A stretch of DNA of 64,000 bases from Octopus vulgaris (Eukaryota). Below the pieces are notes generated by a model. The model ran no database searches and was not told the DNA's origin. It was given only the letters and a program-made list of their open reading frames with translations. The translations under genes were made by a program, and so were the position numbers. The stretch is taken from the NCBI GenBank assembly GCA_951406725.2, contig OX597814.1, forward strand, positions 1,240,001-1,304,000, given 5' to 3'. How positions within the stretch are numbered: the first letter of the stretch is position 1; every line of letters starts with the position of its first letter. Positions 13,920 to 26,976 of this stretch are shown here, piece after piece.

Positions 13920-16870
13920 TGGAGTGACAGTTTTTAAATACAAACAAACAAGATTTTCTGGGCAGGGAACACTGACGGGGTCGGGTGCATGGGTATACTT
14001 CTTGCGGAGAAATGGGTGGATAAGGTAATCGAGGTAGTCAGAGGATGCGACAGAATACTTAAGATTAGATTAGTGCTTCATCATGGGTTAGCAACCATTA
14101 TCTCGGCCTATGCCCCTCAGCCAGTGCTACCTGATGGACAGAAGGACCAATTCTATGATCCCCCTCTTGCGGACTACCTCGTTAACAAATGACAGGGACC
14201 CTCTCTTTGTGTTGGACAACATACAGGAGGCTTCCATAGTGTACATGGAGGCTACAGTTTTTGGGTCCCGCAATGAGGAGGGAACCAGGCTGCTGGAGTT
14301 CTGCGGTACAAATGATCTTATGGTTTGCAATACTAACTTCAGGAAACCTGCCAGTCACCTAGTCACCTACCATTCTGGCAGGCACACTAGTCAGATCGAC
14401 TACATCCTCACCAGAAAAAGGGAAAGATGGCTGCTTATAAATGCCAAAACCTTCCCAGGCAAAGAATGTATTCCACAACATAGACTGGTAGTTAGTGACT
14501 TCAGGATCAGGGCTAAGTGGATGATACCCAGAAGACAACCAGCATGGAGGAGAAAGGTCTGGAAGCTTAAAGATCCTGCGAATGGACAGAGATTTAAAGA
14601 CATATTACTCGAAAACTTTGCCGAAATAGAAGGGGATATAGCTTTACACGATATAGAAGACAACTGGAGGTTTCTACGGGACAACATGCTGAGAGCCACT
14701 GACCAGATCTGTGGATGGTGCAAAGTCCCCTCTCGACCCAAAATAATGTGGTGGTGGAACAATGTTGTTGACGGGGCTATTACAGAAAAGAAACAGGCTT
14801 GGAAGGACTGGAAGAATGGTGGTAGCAGGGAAATGTATCCGACTGCCAGAAGGGAAGCTAGGAGACAAGTTTATTTAGCCAGAGGGGAAGCAGATAAGAA
14901 AAAATTTGCCAATGTTCTGCGCCATGAGGACCAAAGACTTGAGGTATTTCGTGTTGCAAGACAGTTTGTGAGAGAGAATCGTGATGTGGTAGGAGAGAAG
15001 TGTGTTCGCATGGATGATGGTTCACTTGCACTAAATGAGGCTGCAAAGAGAGAGGTTTGGAGATGCCACTATGAAAGGTTGCTCAATAAAAAAAATGAAT
15101 GGGAGAAAGAGAGTCTGACGAATGTCGACCCAACAGAGGGACCAGCTATCCAAGTTGACAGTACCTTGGTAGTTAAAGCAATTAAGAGTATGAAGAGAGG
15201 GAAAGCCCCTGGCCCATCAGGAATCACTGCAGAGATGCTCAAAATATCTGGCAGTGTTGGCTATAGCCTAGTCACCCACATAGTTAACCAGGTGATACAC
15301 GAAGGAGTCATACCCAATGACTGGTGTAGCAGCACCATAGTCAACTGCTACAAAAGTAAAGGTGATGCTTTAGATACAAATAATTAGAGGTATCAAGTTG
15401 TTGGATCAGGTAATGAAGGTCATGGAGAGGGCCATAGCCCAACCAATTAGGGAGAGAGTCAGTTTGGGTTTGTGCCAGGGAAAAGTACCACTGATGCTAT
15501 ATTTCTGGTAAGACAGCTGCAGGAGAAATACCTAGCCAAAGATAAACCTCTGTACCTGGCTTTCATTGACATGAAGAAAGCCTTTGACAGAGTCCCCCGA
15601 TCCCTTATCTAGTGGTCAATGAGGAAACTAGAGATAGATGAATGGTTAGTGAGAGCCATGCAAGCCATGTACAGGGATGCTGTCAGTAAGGTGAGGGTTG
15701 GCAATGAGTACAGTGAAGAATTCAGGGTAGAGGTAGGTGTCCACCAAGGTTCAGTCCTCAGCCCCCTCCTATTTACTATAGTCCTCCAGGCAATAACAGG
15801 AATTCAAGACACGATGCCCCAGGGAGCTCCTCTATGCTGACAACCTTGCTCTAATTGCCAAGTCACTATCAGAACTAGAGGAGAAGTTTCAGGTGTGGAA
15901 ACAAGGATTAGAATCGAAGGGACTTAGAGTCAACCTAGCTAAAACCAAAGTCCTAATATGTAGGAAGGCAGACAAACCACAAATCCCATGAGGTAGATGG
16001 CCCTGCTCGATCTGTAGAAAAGTCACAGGTAGAAAATCTATAAGATGTACCCAGTGTAAGCTATGGACACATAAGAGGTGCAGCAATATCAAAGACAGTT
16101 TTTGTATGTGGCAGATGCTCAGGAGCAATAAACACTGAAAATGCTGAGACCAACTTCTGCCACATTTCAGGGAGAAAAACTAGAAATAGTTAATAGTTTC
16201 CGTTACCTAGGTGACCAAGTCAGTAGTGGGGGTGGGTGCGCTGAAAGTGTAACTGCTAGAGTAAGAATAGCCTGGGCAAAGTTCAGAGAGCTCTTACCTC
16301 TGCTGGTAACAAAGGGCCTCTCGCTCAGAGTAAAAGGTAGACTGTATGATGCATGTGTACGAACAGCCATGCTACACGGCAGTGAAACATGGGCTGTAAC
16401 TGCTGATAACATGCATAAGCTCGCAAGGATATATATCTCTATATACATCTATTCTATATATCTCTATATACATCTATACAGCATTCTCCGATGGATGTGT
16501 AATGTCAGTGTGCATACTCGACAGAGTGTAAGTACCTTGAGAGAAAAGCTGGATCTAAGAAGCATCGGATGTGGTGTGCAAGAGAGACGACTGCACTGGT
16601 ATGGTCATGTGGCAAGAATGGATGAGGATAGTTGTGTGAAAAAGTGCCACATCCTAGAGGTTGAGAGAACCTGTGGAATAGGTAGACCCAGGAAAACCTG
16701 GGATGAGGTGGTGAAGCACAACCTTTGAACATTAGGCCTCACCGAGGCAATGACTAGTGACCGAGTCCTTTGGAAATATGCAGTGCGCTTGAGAAGACCT
16801 GGCAAGCTAAGTGAGACCATAACCCATGGCCTATGCCTGGGGTGTAACCAACCCACTTATGCATACCTTT
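13920..16870 (+). mobile_element. RTE-clade LINE, 5'-truncated and decayed (APE endonuclease + RT + Cys/His insert)
   Basis: APE motifs (IISAYAPQ, SQIDYIL, QHRLVVSD). RT motifs (KAPGPSGI, FIDMKKAFDRVPR, GVHQGSVLSPLLF, LLYADN, FRYLG). RTE C-terminus RRLHWYGHV..GRPRKTW. Contains stops and frameshifts. Confidence 0.95.
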
Positions 16871-17044
16871 AACTTATACATTTGAATGGTGCTTTTTACA
16901 CGTCACCAGCACGGAAGCCAGGCAGCAATCATGCTCGGATGGTGCTCTTAGCGCTGCACTGGCACGGGTGCCAGTCATTGAATTTGTGAATTTGATTTTG
17001 ATTTCACTTGCCTCAACAGGTCTTCGCAAGCAGAGTTTGGTGCA

Positions 17045-17153
17045 AGACTCATACACTGTTCACTTTCCTGACTTTTGTACATAATTCTATGTGTTATACA
17101 TGCACATTTGATGAGTTGTGGTGCACCTGAGCTTTATACACAGTTTTATCATT
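17045..17153 (+). mobile_element. Isolated 3' UTR end of the same CR1-group family
   Basis: GACTCATACACTGTTCACTTTCC...GTTGTGGTGCACCTGAGC is the reverse complement of ~18585-18686. Confidence 0.75.
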
Positions 17154-17460
17154 TACATTTAACGGATATTTGTCGTCATCTTGTTTGTTGTTAACACAAC
17201 ATTTCGCCTGATATACCCTCCAGCCTTCATCAGGTGTCTTGGGGAAATTTCGAACTTGGGTTATTATTCCTAAGTTCCATTCCAGGAAGTGATCTGAATA
17301 ATAATATCGAAAAATACCTTAGGAATTTCCCCAAGTCACCTGATGAAGGCTGGAGGGTATATCAGCTGAAAAGTTGTGTTATCAACAAACAAGGTGAAGA
17401 CAAATATCCATCAAATGTAAATAATGTAAATAATTCCTCATCTCTTAAATATAGAACTGA
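17154..17460. mobile_element. Inverted pair of family-A hammerhead-bearing elements
   Basis: Minus copy with HHR at ~17193-17238 and plus copy with CTGATGAAGGCTGGAGGGTATATCAGCTGAAA at ~17340-17371. Both carry point changes near the core. Confidence 0.75.
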
Positions 17461-17461
17461 A

Positions 17462-17499
<38 letters not shown>

Positions 17500-17974
17500 G
17501 AACACTGGCAGCGTGTTGAGCAAACGGGAAAAACTAATGTAGGGGAAATAACTGTGTTTATACGAAATTAATGAGAATGTCTAAAAGAAAACAGGTGTGG
17601 AAAGGTGAGAATGTTGGTGTTCACAGGTGAGACGAGTGACAGTATGAGAGTTAAGCATTAAAACGATGATGATGATGATGATAATGAGAAATAGGATGAG
17701 GAGGAGGATGTAAAGCATAAACTGCAGCAATCTATTGCTAAACCAAAACCCTGTCTAATGATGTAACAGTTTGTCTCTGTCCCTCGTAATTTATTCAGTC
17801 ACCCGGACAATTTGTTCTTTGCACCGATATTCCTTTTAAGCCGTGCATTTGTACACGCCCACACACGTTCTACAAGAAACATACAAAGGAAACAAATGTG
17901 TCTGCACACCAGGTTTTTTTTCTTTTTTAGATGAAATCAGATTTATTTTTAAATTGAAGATGCCTATTTGCACT

Positions 17975-18180
17975 TACTCTACTCTTTTACTTGTTTCAGT
18001 CCTTTGACTGCGGCCATGCTGGAGCACCGCCTTTAGTCGAGCAAATCGACCCCGGGACTTATTCTTTGGAAGCCCAGTACTTATTCTATCGGTCTCTTTT
18101 GCCGAACCGCTAAGTGACGGCGACGTAAACACACCAGCATCGGTTGTCAAGCAATGCTAGGGGGACAAACACAGACACGC

Positions 18181-18211
<31 letters not shown>

Positions 18212-18372
18212 TACGACGGGCTTCTTTCAGTTTCCGTCTACCAAATCCACTCACAAGGCTTTGGTCGGCCCGAGGCTATAGCAGAAGACACTTGCCCAAG
18301 ATGCTACGCAGTGGGACTGAACCCGGAACCATGTGGCTGGTAAACAAGCTACTTACCACACAGCCACTCCTG
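17975..18372 (-). mobile_element. tRNA-derived SINE family 1, full length
   Basis: Head GGAGTGGCTGTGTGGTAAG (A box) and GGTTCAGTCCC (B box), central (TA)n, tail GAAACAAGTAAAAGAGTA. Confidence 0.88.
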
Positions 18373-18563
18373 CACATTTCTGTATATACCCACAGACAAA
18401 AATAAGAGGGGGACATTGCTTTGTGTCCCCTCGACTGCGTGAGTGTTTGATTTCATGTTATTCACCATGGTGCACGGGTTTGTCTTTTCTTTCCTTTGTA
18501 CCAAGTAAAGATCAACCCTGATTTAGTTTTGCATCAATGATTGTAACAGGTGTGTGTCAACAT

Positions 18564-19680
18564 ATAATAATAATAATAATGAAATTATTGTATACAGTGC
18601 TCAGGTGCACCACAACTTGTCAGAAAGTGCATATAAAGTACATGCAGTAATGTAGAAATGTCTGGAAAGTGAACAGTGTATGAGTCAGATACATGCTTGT
18701 GTGTGTATGGAGGGAGAAAATCAGGTGTAGTGTTGGCGAATCTCAGGAAGCATGGAAGTTTTGAAGGATGCAGTGCTCCGACAACTAACAACCGATGCCG
18801 GCAGTTTGTTCCATGCTTCAGCAACTCTCAGCGTGAAAAAATGTTTCCTGAAGTCATGGGAGCTGTGCTGTTTTCTTACTTTGTAAATATGTCCACGGGT
18901 GTTAGATGGGTGGAGTTTGAAGAGGTGCTCAGAGTTATTGTTTGTAAGATGGTTGATAATTTTATGGGTGTCTGCCAAGTCAGCTGCCAGACGTCGGAGT
19001 TTCAATGTGTCCATGCCCAGGGAAGTAAGGCGTTCAGGATATGGCAAATGCCTGATGGAGGGTATTCTTTTGGTTGCACGTTGCTGAAGAGCTTCCAGAC
19101 AATTGATGTCCTGGGCAAGATAGGGGTTCCAGACCGGTGATGCAAGTTCCAGGTGAGGTCTTACCATAGCTATATAAAGCTGCAGATAGATAGCCGGAGA
19201 GCGGCTCACAAAGGATTTGGTGAGTGATGCCAAGACACCCTCAGCCTTCTTGACAATTTTAGTGATGTGTTTTGTCCAACGCAAATCACTGTCGACAATA
19301 ACACCCAGGTCACGTTCACTTGAAGACTTTTTGAGACTAGTGTGGTGGAGGGAGTAGGTGGACGCTGGGTTTCTCCTCCCAAAATGCATGGTGGTACATT
19401 TGTCCACAGCCAGCTTGAGTTGCCAGTCCATGATCCACTGCTGCATTGTGTCCAGGTCTGCTTGCAATAGAGATCCATAGTGTACAGGATTTGACCTCTT
19501 TATTTCGAGGTACAGCTTGATGTCGTCTGCATATTTCAGCACTGTGGCATTCTTTAAGTTGGCATCTATGTCATTAACATATGCAACAAATAAAAGGGGG
19601 CCAAGAACAGATCCCTGTGGTACACCAGATGTCATCTCATATTCTGCTAGTCTCTGCCGATCAGAAAAAGACTGGTTTTA
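18564..19680 (-). mobile_element. CR1-group LINE 3' portion with an uninterrupted 304-codon RT/C-terminal ORF, 3' UTR and (ATT)n tail
   Basis: ORF 18721-19635 contains SGVPQGSVLGPLLF, YADD, ERDLGV, VRPHLE..VWNPY, TRGH, FF..RV..AWNKLP. Tail (TAA)n on the plus strand at ~18564-18580. Confidence 0.93.
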
Positions 19681-19859
19681 TCAGAGAAAGTCCAGCTGAT
19701 CCCTTGCTGGTTGGCCCAGTGGAAAGACGATTCTTTCACTCACAAACAATGAAAAGAATATGTTTACACCTCATCATCATCATCCAGTGTTTTAAATTCG
19801 TATTTTGTCCCTGTTAATGGGGGTGGCCAGATCTACCTCAATGCCATAGCAACTGCCCT

Positions 19860-20430
19860 CACACCATCTCGCCCAGTTTTGGGCGTCCTCCCTTTTCAAA
19901 CCAACCCTCCCAATCTCCTCCTCCTCTACATTTTCCTTGGTCTACCTTGCTTTCATGATCCATTTACTTGAAACGTAATCAAACTCCTCAACACATGCCC
20001 ATACCACCTCACTCTATCCAATCTTGCCAACCATTCCACCAATTCCTCCAACCCCAGCATCCCCATCAAGTCCTCAGTCCACCTCTTATCAAACAGCTTC
20101 ACCCCACACATTTCTCTCACCATTGCTCTCTCAGTCCTTCTCAAAATTACCATCTCTCTCTCTCTCTCTCCCTCAGACACCATATTTCACTCCCATACAG
20201 CATTGTAGCTCTCACACAACTCCTATTGACCCTTCCTTTCATCTTCAACAAGAACCTTTTCCCACAAAACAATGCTCCACATTCCCTGAACTTCACCCAG
20301 CCAAGTCTCTCTCTTGCTGTCACATCCACCCTATCTCCCAAATAACAAAACCCTCTCACCGTTTCCACCTCGTCACAGCATTTCCACCTACTCTGACAAA
20401 TCATTTTCCCATAAGCTCTCATCTCCTAGT
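19860..20430 (-). mobile_element. Old RTE-clade LINE 3' fragment
   Basis: FCYLGD, CVRATMLYGSEIW and RVRWYGHVLR motifs in broken frames. Confidence 0.85.
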
Positions 20431-23400
20431 TTAGTCACCTTTATCCATGGCATAGCCCCACTCAGTCAGAGGGGATCTTAGTCTTGGAGACTGTATGGTT
20501 CTCACTAGTGCCAGTACCATGAGAAAAAAGCTCCCAGCACACTCTGTAAAGTGGCTGGCATTAAGGGCATCCATCTATAGAAACTGCACCAAAGCAGACA
20601 TTGGAGTATGATGCAGTCTTTGGATCCATCAGATCCTGTCAGATCATCCAGCCTATGGCAGTGTAGATGATGGACATTGAAAGATGATGATAATGGTGAG
20701 ATGCTGAAAAGTTTTCATGTACAAACACAATATTGTAAAATTGTGAAGACATCCGCTTACACAGTCACATACACAGAATAAGCTGAGAATGTCTCAAGAC
20801 AGAAAGAAATGTGACATTTCACACTCCCTCTTCTCTGACTATTATCTACCACAGACACACAATGAAAGCAATGTGTCTACACATCATTATCATTTAACGT
20901 CCGTTTTCAATGTTGGGCATGGATCAGTCAGTTTGGCAGGAGCTGGCAAGCCAGAGGGCTGCACCAGGCTCCCATTGTCTGACCTGGCATGGTTTCTATG
21001 GCCGAATGCCCTTCCTAATGCTAACCACTTTACAGAGTGTACTGGGTGCTTTTAAATGTGCCACCAGCATGGGCACTTTTATATGGCACCAGCCCTATGA
21101 AAAATAACATTCTCACATACAAATACATAAATCTACAATTATTATCCAGTTGTTAAAGCCTTTCTTTTACCTGTCAAACTCAGTCAAGTTGAGAACATTT
21201 TGAATTTGTCCCCACACCCAAACACATTAATGTCTATCACAAAGGTGACAAAACTTTGTATCTTTTATCTTTTACTGGTTCCAATCATTAGACTGCAGCC
21301 ATGCTGGAGCACCGTTTTGGAGAATTTCAGTTGAACAAATCAAACCCAGTGCTTATTCTATGTCTTTTTTGCTGAATCGTTAAGTAAAAAGGATGTAATT
21401 ATACTAACACTGGTTGTCAAGCAGTGAGAGACTAACACAAACATACACACCATTTAATGTCCACCTTTCGTGTTGTAGGGCTTCTTTCAGTTTCTGTCTA
21501 CCAAATCCACTCACATGGTCAACTCTAAGTTTTAGTAGAAGACACTTGCCCAAGGTGCCATGCAGTGGTATTGAACCTGGTCTCACACCGCAATGCCTAT
21601 GCCTGTCAGGGTTCTTCCTGCATAACAGCAGATCCCAAAAACTGGCTGGCTTCAGTCAGAAACTATTTCAACCTTGAAAAACTGTAAGCCTCTAGAAAAC
21701 TACAAGGGAGACCCCACAATGACCTACCGTCCCCAGTTGTCAAACAGTAGTAGGGGACAAACAAACACACACACACACATATATATATATATGCGACTGG
21801 CTTCTTTCAGTTTCCATCGACCAAATCCATTTACAAGGCTTTGGTCATTTCAAGGTTATAGTAGACATTTGTCCAAGGTGCCACAGAGTGAGAATGAACC
21901 GAGAACCATGTGGTTGGGAAGCAAGCTTCTTACCACACAGCCATGCCTGCACCTGTCAGATCCCATAACTTTGCATGACAATGAACTGGAATGCACACCC
22001 ACTAAGTACTAGAAATAGTAACACAGAAAAACTCATTGTAGGTTTGTACACGTGATTCATCATCATCGTCGTCGTTTAACATCCGTTTTCCATGCTGGCA
22101 TGGGTTGGACGGTTTGACTGAGGACTGGTGAACCAGAAGGCTGCACCAGGCTCAATCTGATCTGGCAAAGTTTCTACAGCTGGATGCCCTTCCTAATGCC
22201 AACCATTCCGAGACTGTAGTGGGTGCTTTTACATGCCACTGGCACAAGGGCCAGTCAGGCGGTTCTGGCAATGACCATGCTCAAAAGGTGTTTTTTACAT
22301 GCTACCTGCACGGGAGCCAGTTTGGCGGCACTGGCAACGACCATGCTTGAATGTTGTTTTCCACGTGCCACCGGCACATGTGGCAGTAAGGCGACGCTGG
22401 CAATGATCACGCTGAAATGGTGCTTTTTGCATGCCAATCCGTGGCCCTGGCAACAATCACGCTCAGATGGCGCTTTTAATGTTCCACTGGCACGAGTGCC
22501 AATCAAGCAGTTCTGTCATCAGCCACGTCAGCGATTTTGATTTTGATTTCACTTGCCTCAACAGGTCTAAAATAATTTCTTCTGCATTACTTTTTCATCG
22601 AATTGTATTTGTACAATTTTAACATCAATCACCAACACAAACACAATTACTAATATACAAAGAGGGGAAATGATATAGTTTTTATCCCCGTTCGTCATAC
22701 GAACTAGGATAATATGAGCAATGATCCCAGCAAAGGCATCAACTGGCAGAAGCTTTCTATTTCTTCAACAACAGCTAACGAATATGGAAAAATACTGGAA
22801 TCAACACAATTTGGCCGATGCTGGATTAAACTTGATAATTTGGAAAAAATGTTTTTACTGATGTCTGTAGGAAGTGGTGCCATGAAGAGCAAGAAAGGGA
22901 GAAGGAAGAAAGAGTCAGTTTTATATCCTTACGCTGATTAAAAAAAGCGTGTGGGTGTGTGTATGTATATATTTAAAATAATAAGGATGAAAAATTGAAC
23001 ATTAATTTGATTAATATCAATTTAAAACCAGTGGTCTAGCATATAGAAAAATCTGAAGATTCAGAAAAATTATATTACATACATATAAGAGAGATGACCA
23101 CTACGTGGACAACCCTTATGCTAGAAGTAGATCCGCTAGGGTCTTACCTCTAAGAAAGGAATGTTCTCAAGAAAATTTAGCAAACGGCAGAACGTAAGCG
23201 AGCAAGACAAATGAAAAGAAACATATATAATATATCCAGTGGCACTCTGTCGGTGACGAGGGTTCCAGTTGATTGGATCAACAGAACAGCCTGCTCATGC
23301 ACTTAACGTGCAAGTGGCTGAGCACTCCACAGACACGCGTACCCTTAACCTAGTTTTCGGGGGAGATTTAGCATGACAGTGTGTGACAAGGCTGACCCTT

Positions 23401-23601
23401 TGAAATACAGATACAACAGAAACAGGAAGAAAGAGCGAGAGAAAGTTGTGGTGAAAGAGTACAGCAGGGATCACCACCAGTCCCAGCCGGGGCCTTATGG
23501 AGCTTTAGGTGTTTTCACTCAAACACAACACCCATTCTGGGAATCAAAACCACGATCTTACGACTGTGGGTCCGCTGCCCTAACCACTCGGGCGCCTCCA
23601 C

Positions 23602-23639
<38 letters not shown>

Positions 23640-24030
23640 TTATAGTACATATATCAAGATAGAGTTCATTTAATGCAGTGAATACTAAAAGTTAGTTTTA
23701 AAACGAGGTTAGTGAAAAAAAATGTTAATTATTTCAATAAGTGTGAGAGACAACTCTAAATGGTTTCAGTCCTTTTCTGACCTCTTCAACAAAGTAAAAC
23801 TTTGCTCTCTCTAATAAATACACTAACCTGCCAATTGGTTTTGATGTGCAGTCTCTGAGTTAATATATTTTATATATTGTATACTATGTCTGGCTGTAGC
23901 CAAGAAAGGCAAAGCAGCCAATGAAAAATTCCATGATGGAGTCAGCATAAGTGGTACATACAGTTCTATATTTAAGAGATGAGCAATTATTTACATTTGC
24001 CGGGTGTTTGTCCTCATCATGTTTGTTGTT

Positions 24031-24076
24031 AACACAACGTTTCAGCTGATGTACCCTCCAGCCTTCATCAGGTGTC
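24031..24076 (-). ncRNA. Minimal type-I hammerhead ribozyme motif (family A)
   Basis: GACAC CTGATGA A GGCTG-gagggtacat-CAGCT GAAAC GTT GTGTT: stem I, catalytic core, stem II, palindromic ACGT stem III, GUU triplet. Confidence 0.75.
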
Positions 24077-24179
24077 TTGGGGAAATTTCAAACCTGGGTT
24101 CTCATTCCTAAGATATTTTTCAATATCATTATTATTCAGGTCACTACTTAATAATAATAATAACAACAACATTGAAAAA

Positions 24180-25410
24180 TGGCCTCATTTTTGTGGATTT
24201 TGGGAAGTCCATAGAAGTGACTGGTTTTGCAGTCAAATAATCTGTCTCCTTTGTTGTTGGAACTGGTGGATAAGGGTAGACAGTTTGGCCATTATCTTGG
24301 ATTGACTGTAGTTGTTGATATTTTCATTGAAGGTATTGTCTTGAAGGAGGGTTAGGGTAGTGTTTATGCATTTTTCTGAGTCCATGATAACTACAGCGCT
24401 CCCTTTGTCGGCTTCTTTTATAATTATGTTGTCATCCTCCCTGAGATTATTGATGATTTTCCATTCTTTTCGTATTTATCTTAAATTTTTGGGGTGGGAG
24501 TAAATTGTAGGGGTAACTGGAAACCAAATCACAAAAGTTATCCAGAGTTTGATTTCTTCCTTTTGTCGGACAGTAGTTACTTTTATTCTGAAGGATTGAT
24601 TGATCATTATTATCTTTCTCCAGCAGTTCTTCAGTGATGCAAAGTTTTCTGCAAGAATTCTTGGATATCATTTAAGTTTGACCTTTGTTGTATTGGGGTG
24701 AACTTCAATCCCTTTGCAAGAATTTTGATTTGCTGGTCCGAAAGGGCTTTATGTGAGAGATTTATCACCTTCGGAATCTCACATTTGGTTGGTGCCATCA
24801 AGTGTCCCGGTTTGTCTAAAAAATGGTTTCTTGGGTTTTGGTATAAGGAATTAGTGTTCCTGTTAATAGTCCTTCGACTGACCCTTGGTCTATTGCGGGT
24901 TCTTTGTAGTGGTCAGCTCTGAGTGAGATTGTCATAATGGTTATATTCTGTTGGACGTGGTGATTATTGCGGAAGAAATGTCTCGAACGGGAGAAGTTCC
25001 TACTTCTTCTTTGGTCCTCTTCGAAGTCTTTATATGAGCTGTGTCTCGGACATGGAGAGTTCTTATTTTTCTTATATTTCCGTCTGAAAAAGTCATTCAC
25101 AAAGACATTACGTCTGGAACGTGGAGGATTCTTGGAGTGAGATGGGTTTCTGTATGTTTGAGTGAGGCTGCTTTGTCATGTGGTGAAGGGTTCAATGGAA
25201 TTTCCCATTTTGTGTCTTGGATGAGTATTTGGAGTCCTGGAGAGGGTATTGGTTATTCTTGGTTCTGGATGGTCATTCTGGTATTGTTCCGGTAGTGACT
25301 TTCTTCCAGTTGTATGGAGTTCATAGATTTTAGTTTTTTTTTCAAGAAGGAGTTATCAGGTTGGTATTCCTCCTTGAATTTTACCTCATAGTGATTGAAC
25401 CAATCGTTAT
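24180..25410 (-). mobile_element. Penelope-like element (PLE) fragment: N-terminal region and start of RT, frameshifted
   Basis: Manual minus-strand translation gives VINLSHKALSDQQIKILAKGLKFTP (~24765-24695), DDNIIIKEADKGSAVVIMD (~24436-24380) and HFYGLPKIHK (~24221-24190), all characteristic PLE RT motifs. Confidence 0.92.
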
Positions 25411-26624
25411 ATATATATATATAATAACAAAGGGTAAAATTAATTAATTAAGAAGTAATTAATAATTTCACCAAGTAGAATTCGGTATGAAAAAAGGACC
25501 ATTTCACGGTAAGAAATAGCTAAGATTTTGGCTGCTATTTCTAAACTTCGGTGTGTGGTGAAGCAAATCTTTGCTGAACCCTTTTATTAGTATATATATA
25601 TATATATATATATACATACACTGACACACATATACATTAACGCTATATACATATACAAATTCATGCTATACATATTGTATAACTTGAGTATACACACATA
25701 ACAGAAGTTATATATCTGTTATACAGTATGTAAATTAAACTATGTGACATGTGATAAGTCTTATAAACATACTAGATATATAACACCTAAGTTTTACAAT
25801 ATATACTAAACATGTTGGGTGTATTCAGTACTAATTAAATATACACATTCTGGGTGTACTATACAATAATTATGTATATCCTAGATACACAAGATTACAA
25901 GGATTGGGTGTTGGTCCTGCTGGAAACAGTAGCCAAACCTCCCTTAAATCTCATTATACCGTCAAATGCACTAAATGAATTTAAGACAGGGCAGTCATTA
26001 ATGGAATGTCTTTGAGTAAGGGTCTACTAGTACAGGCTCGAACAACCAGAACAAAGGATATTATTGAGTGAAGGGTAGACTTAGGGAATAGCTGTCCCAC
26101 ATAAGTTAGAATTCCGAATAAACTTTTTCAGAAAAATGCATTTTTTAAGGTGAGGGGAGATTCTACATCAGCCCCGAAATGTCTCCGTTTTATTCGGGGT
26201 CTTTCCATTTTTTTCTCACACGTTTCGAAACAAATGGGGTGGGAATGAACCTTTAAAAAACATAAAGGTTCCCCCTCTACTGTTTTGAAATGTGTCACAC
26301 CAATAAACTTGGTGAAACCGCGACCAAAACGGACAAATTTCAACTTATGTTGGACAGTTATACCGAAAGTTCGCCAAATAAAGTTAAGAAACAGCAGCTG
26401 AATAAAAGAGGGGTTAGTCGTCATTTTAGGAACGAAACAATATTAGAAGAACAAGAATAAATTGAAATAACAATAAATAAAAAAGGAATTGTTGTTGGTT
26501 AATGAATAAAACAAAGAATTGTGCTAAAAAACTGTCATCTTTAATGGTCAGATTTTGGTTAGATGGAATTAGAATAAATAAACAAGAGGAACATTTACAT
26601 TTACAGAGGTCAGTGGAGTCCGTT

Positions 26625-26915
26625 TCAGTTGTGGATCGGGGTTCGAATCCGAGACGTTCCCAGCTGGGGTTTGGGGTCGTAACCAATTCGTTCTTGAATC
26701 TCGCGAATAAACTGGGCCTTCGTTTTGCTTCCGGGTGTCGTGTCCCCGCTGCATGTTCCTGGCAGGGCTCCCGTCGACGACGACGAACACTGCTCCCCGA
26801 CCGCATCCACGGACATCTTCTGCGCATTCTGCTTCAGCCTCTCGTTCTTCATCGCTTCGTATTCTTTGATGTCTTCCAGTTTCAATTCAATCCGGGTCGG
26901 GTTACGGCGCAGCAT
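26625..26915 (-). CDS. CDC26: Anaphase-promoting complex subunit CDC26 (APC12), 96 aa, coding region uninterrupted
   Basis: Translation from the ATG at 26915 begins MLRRNPTRIELKLEDIKEYE, the conserved CDC26 N-terminus (MLRRxPTRxELKLxDI). It is followed by a low-complexity middle and an ERIGY C-terminal motif. The ORF-track start at 26975 is TTG, so the true start is the ATG at 26915. Confidence 0.93.
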   Translation of the reverse strand: MLRRNPTRIELKLEDIKEYEAMKNERLKQNAQKMSVDAVGEQCSSSSTGALPGTCSGDTTPGSKTKAQFIREIQERIGYDPKPQLGTSRIRTPIHN

Positions 26916-26976
26916 TTTTCGCTCGATATGGACGGCAATAAACCAACGTCGGTCCTCTCTCTCTGTCTCTCCCAAA

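Noticed and set aside
23755-23795. Hammerhead-like TTGAAGA GGTC..GACT GAAAC (minus), and GAAACGTACGTA at ~1563-1574
   Set aside because: The core is mutated or its 5' half is missing, and stem I is not convincing.
26916-26975. N-terminal extension of CDC26 in the ORF track
   Set aside because: It starts at TTG, and CDC26 function depends on the conserved MLRR N-terminus.
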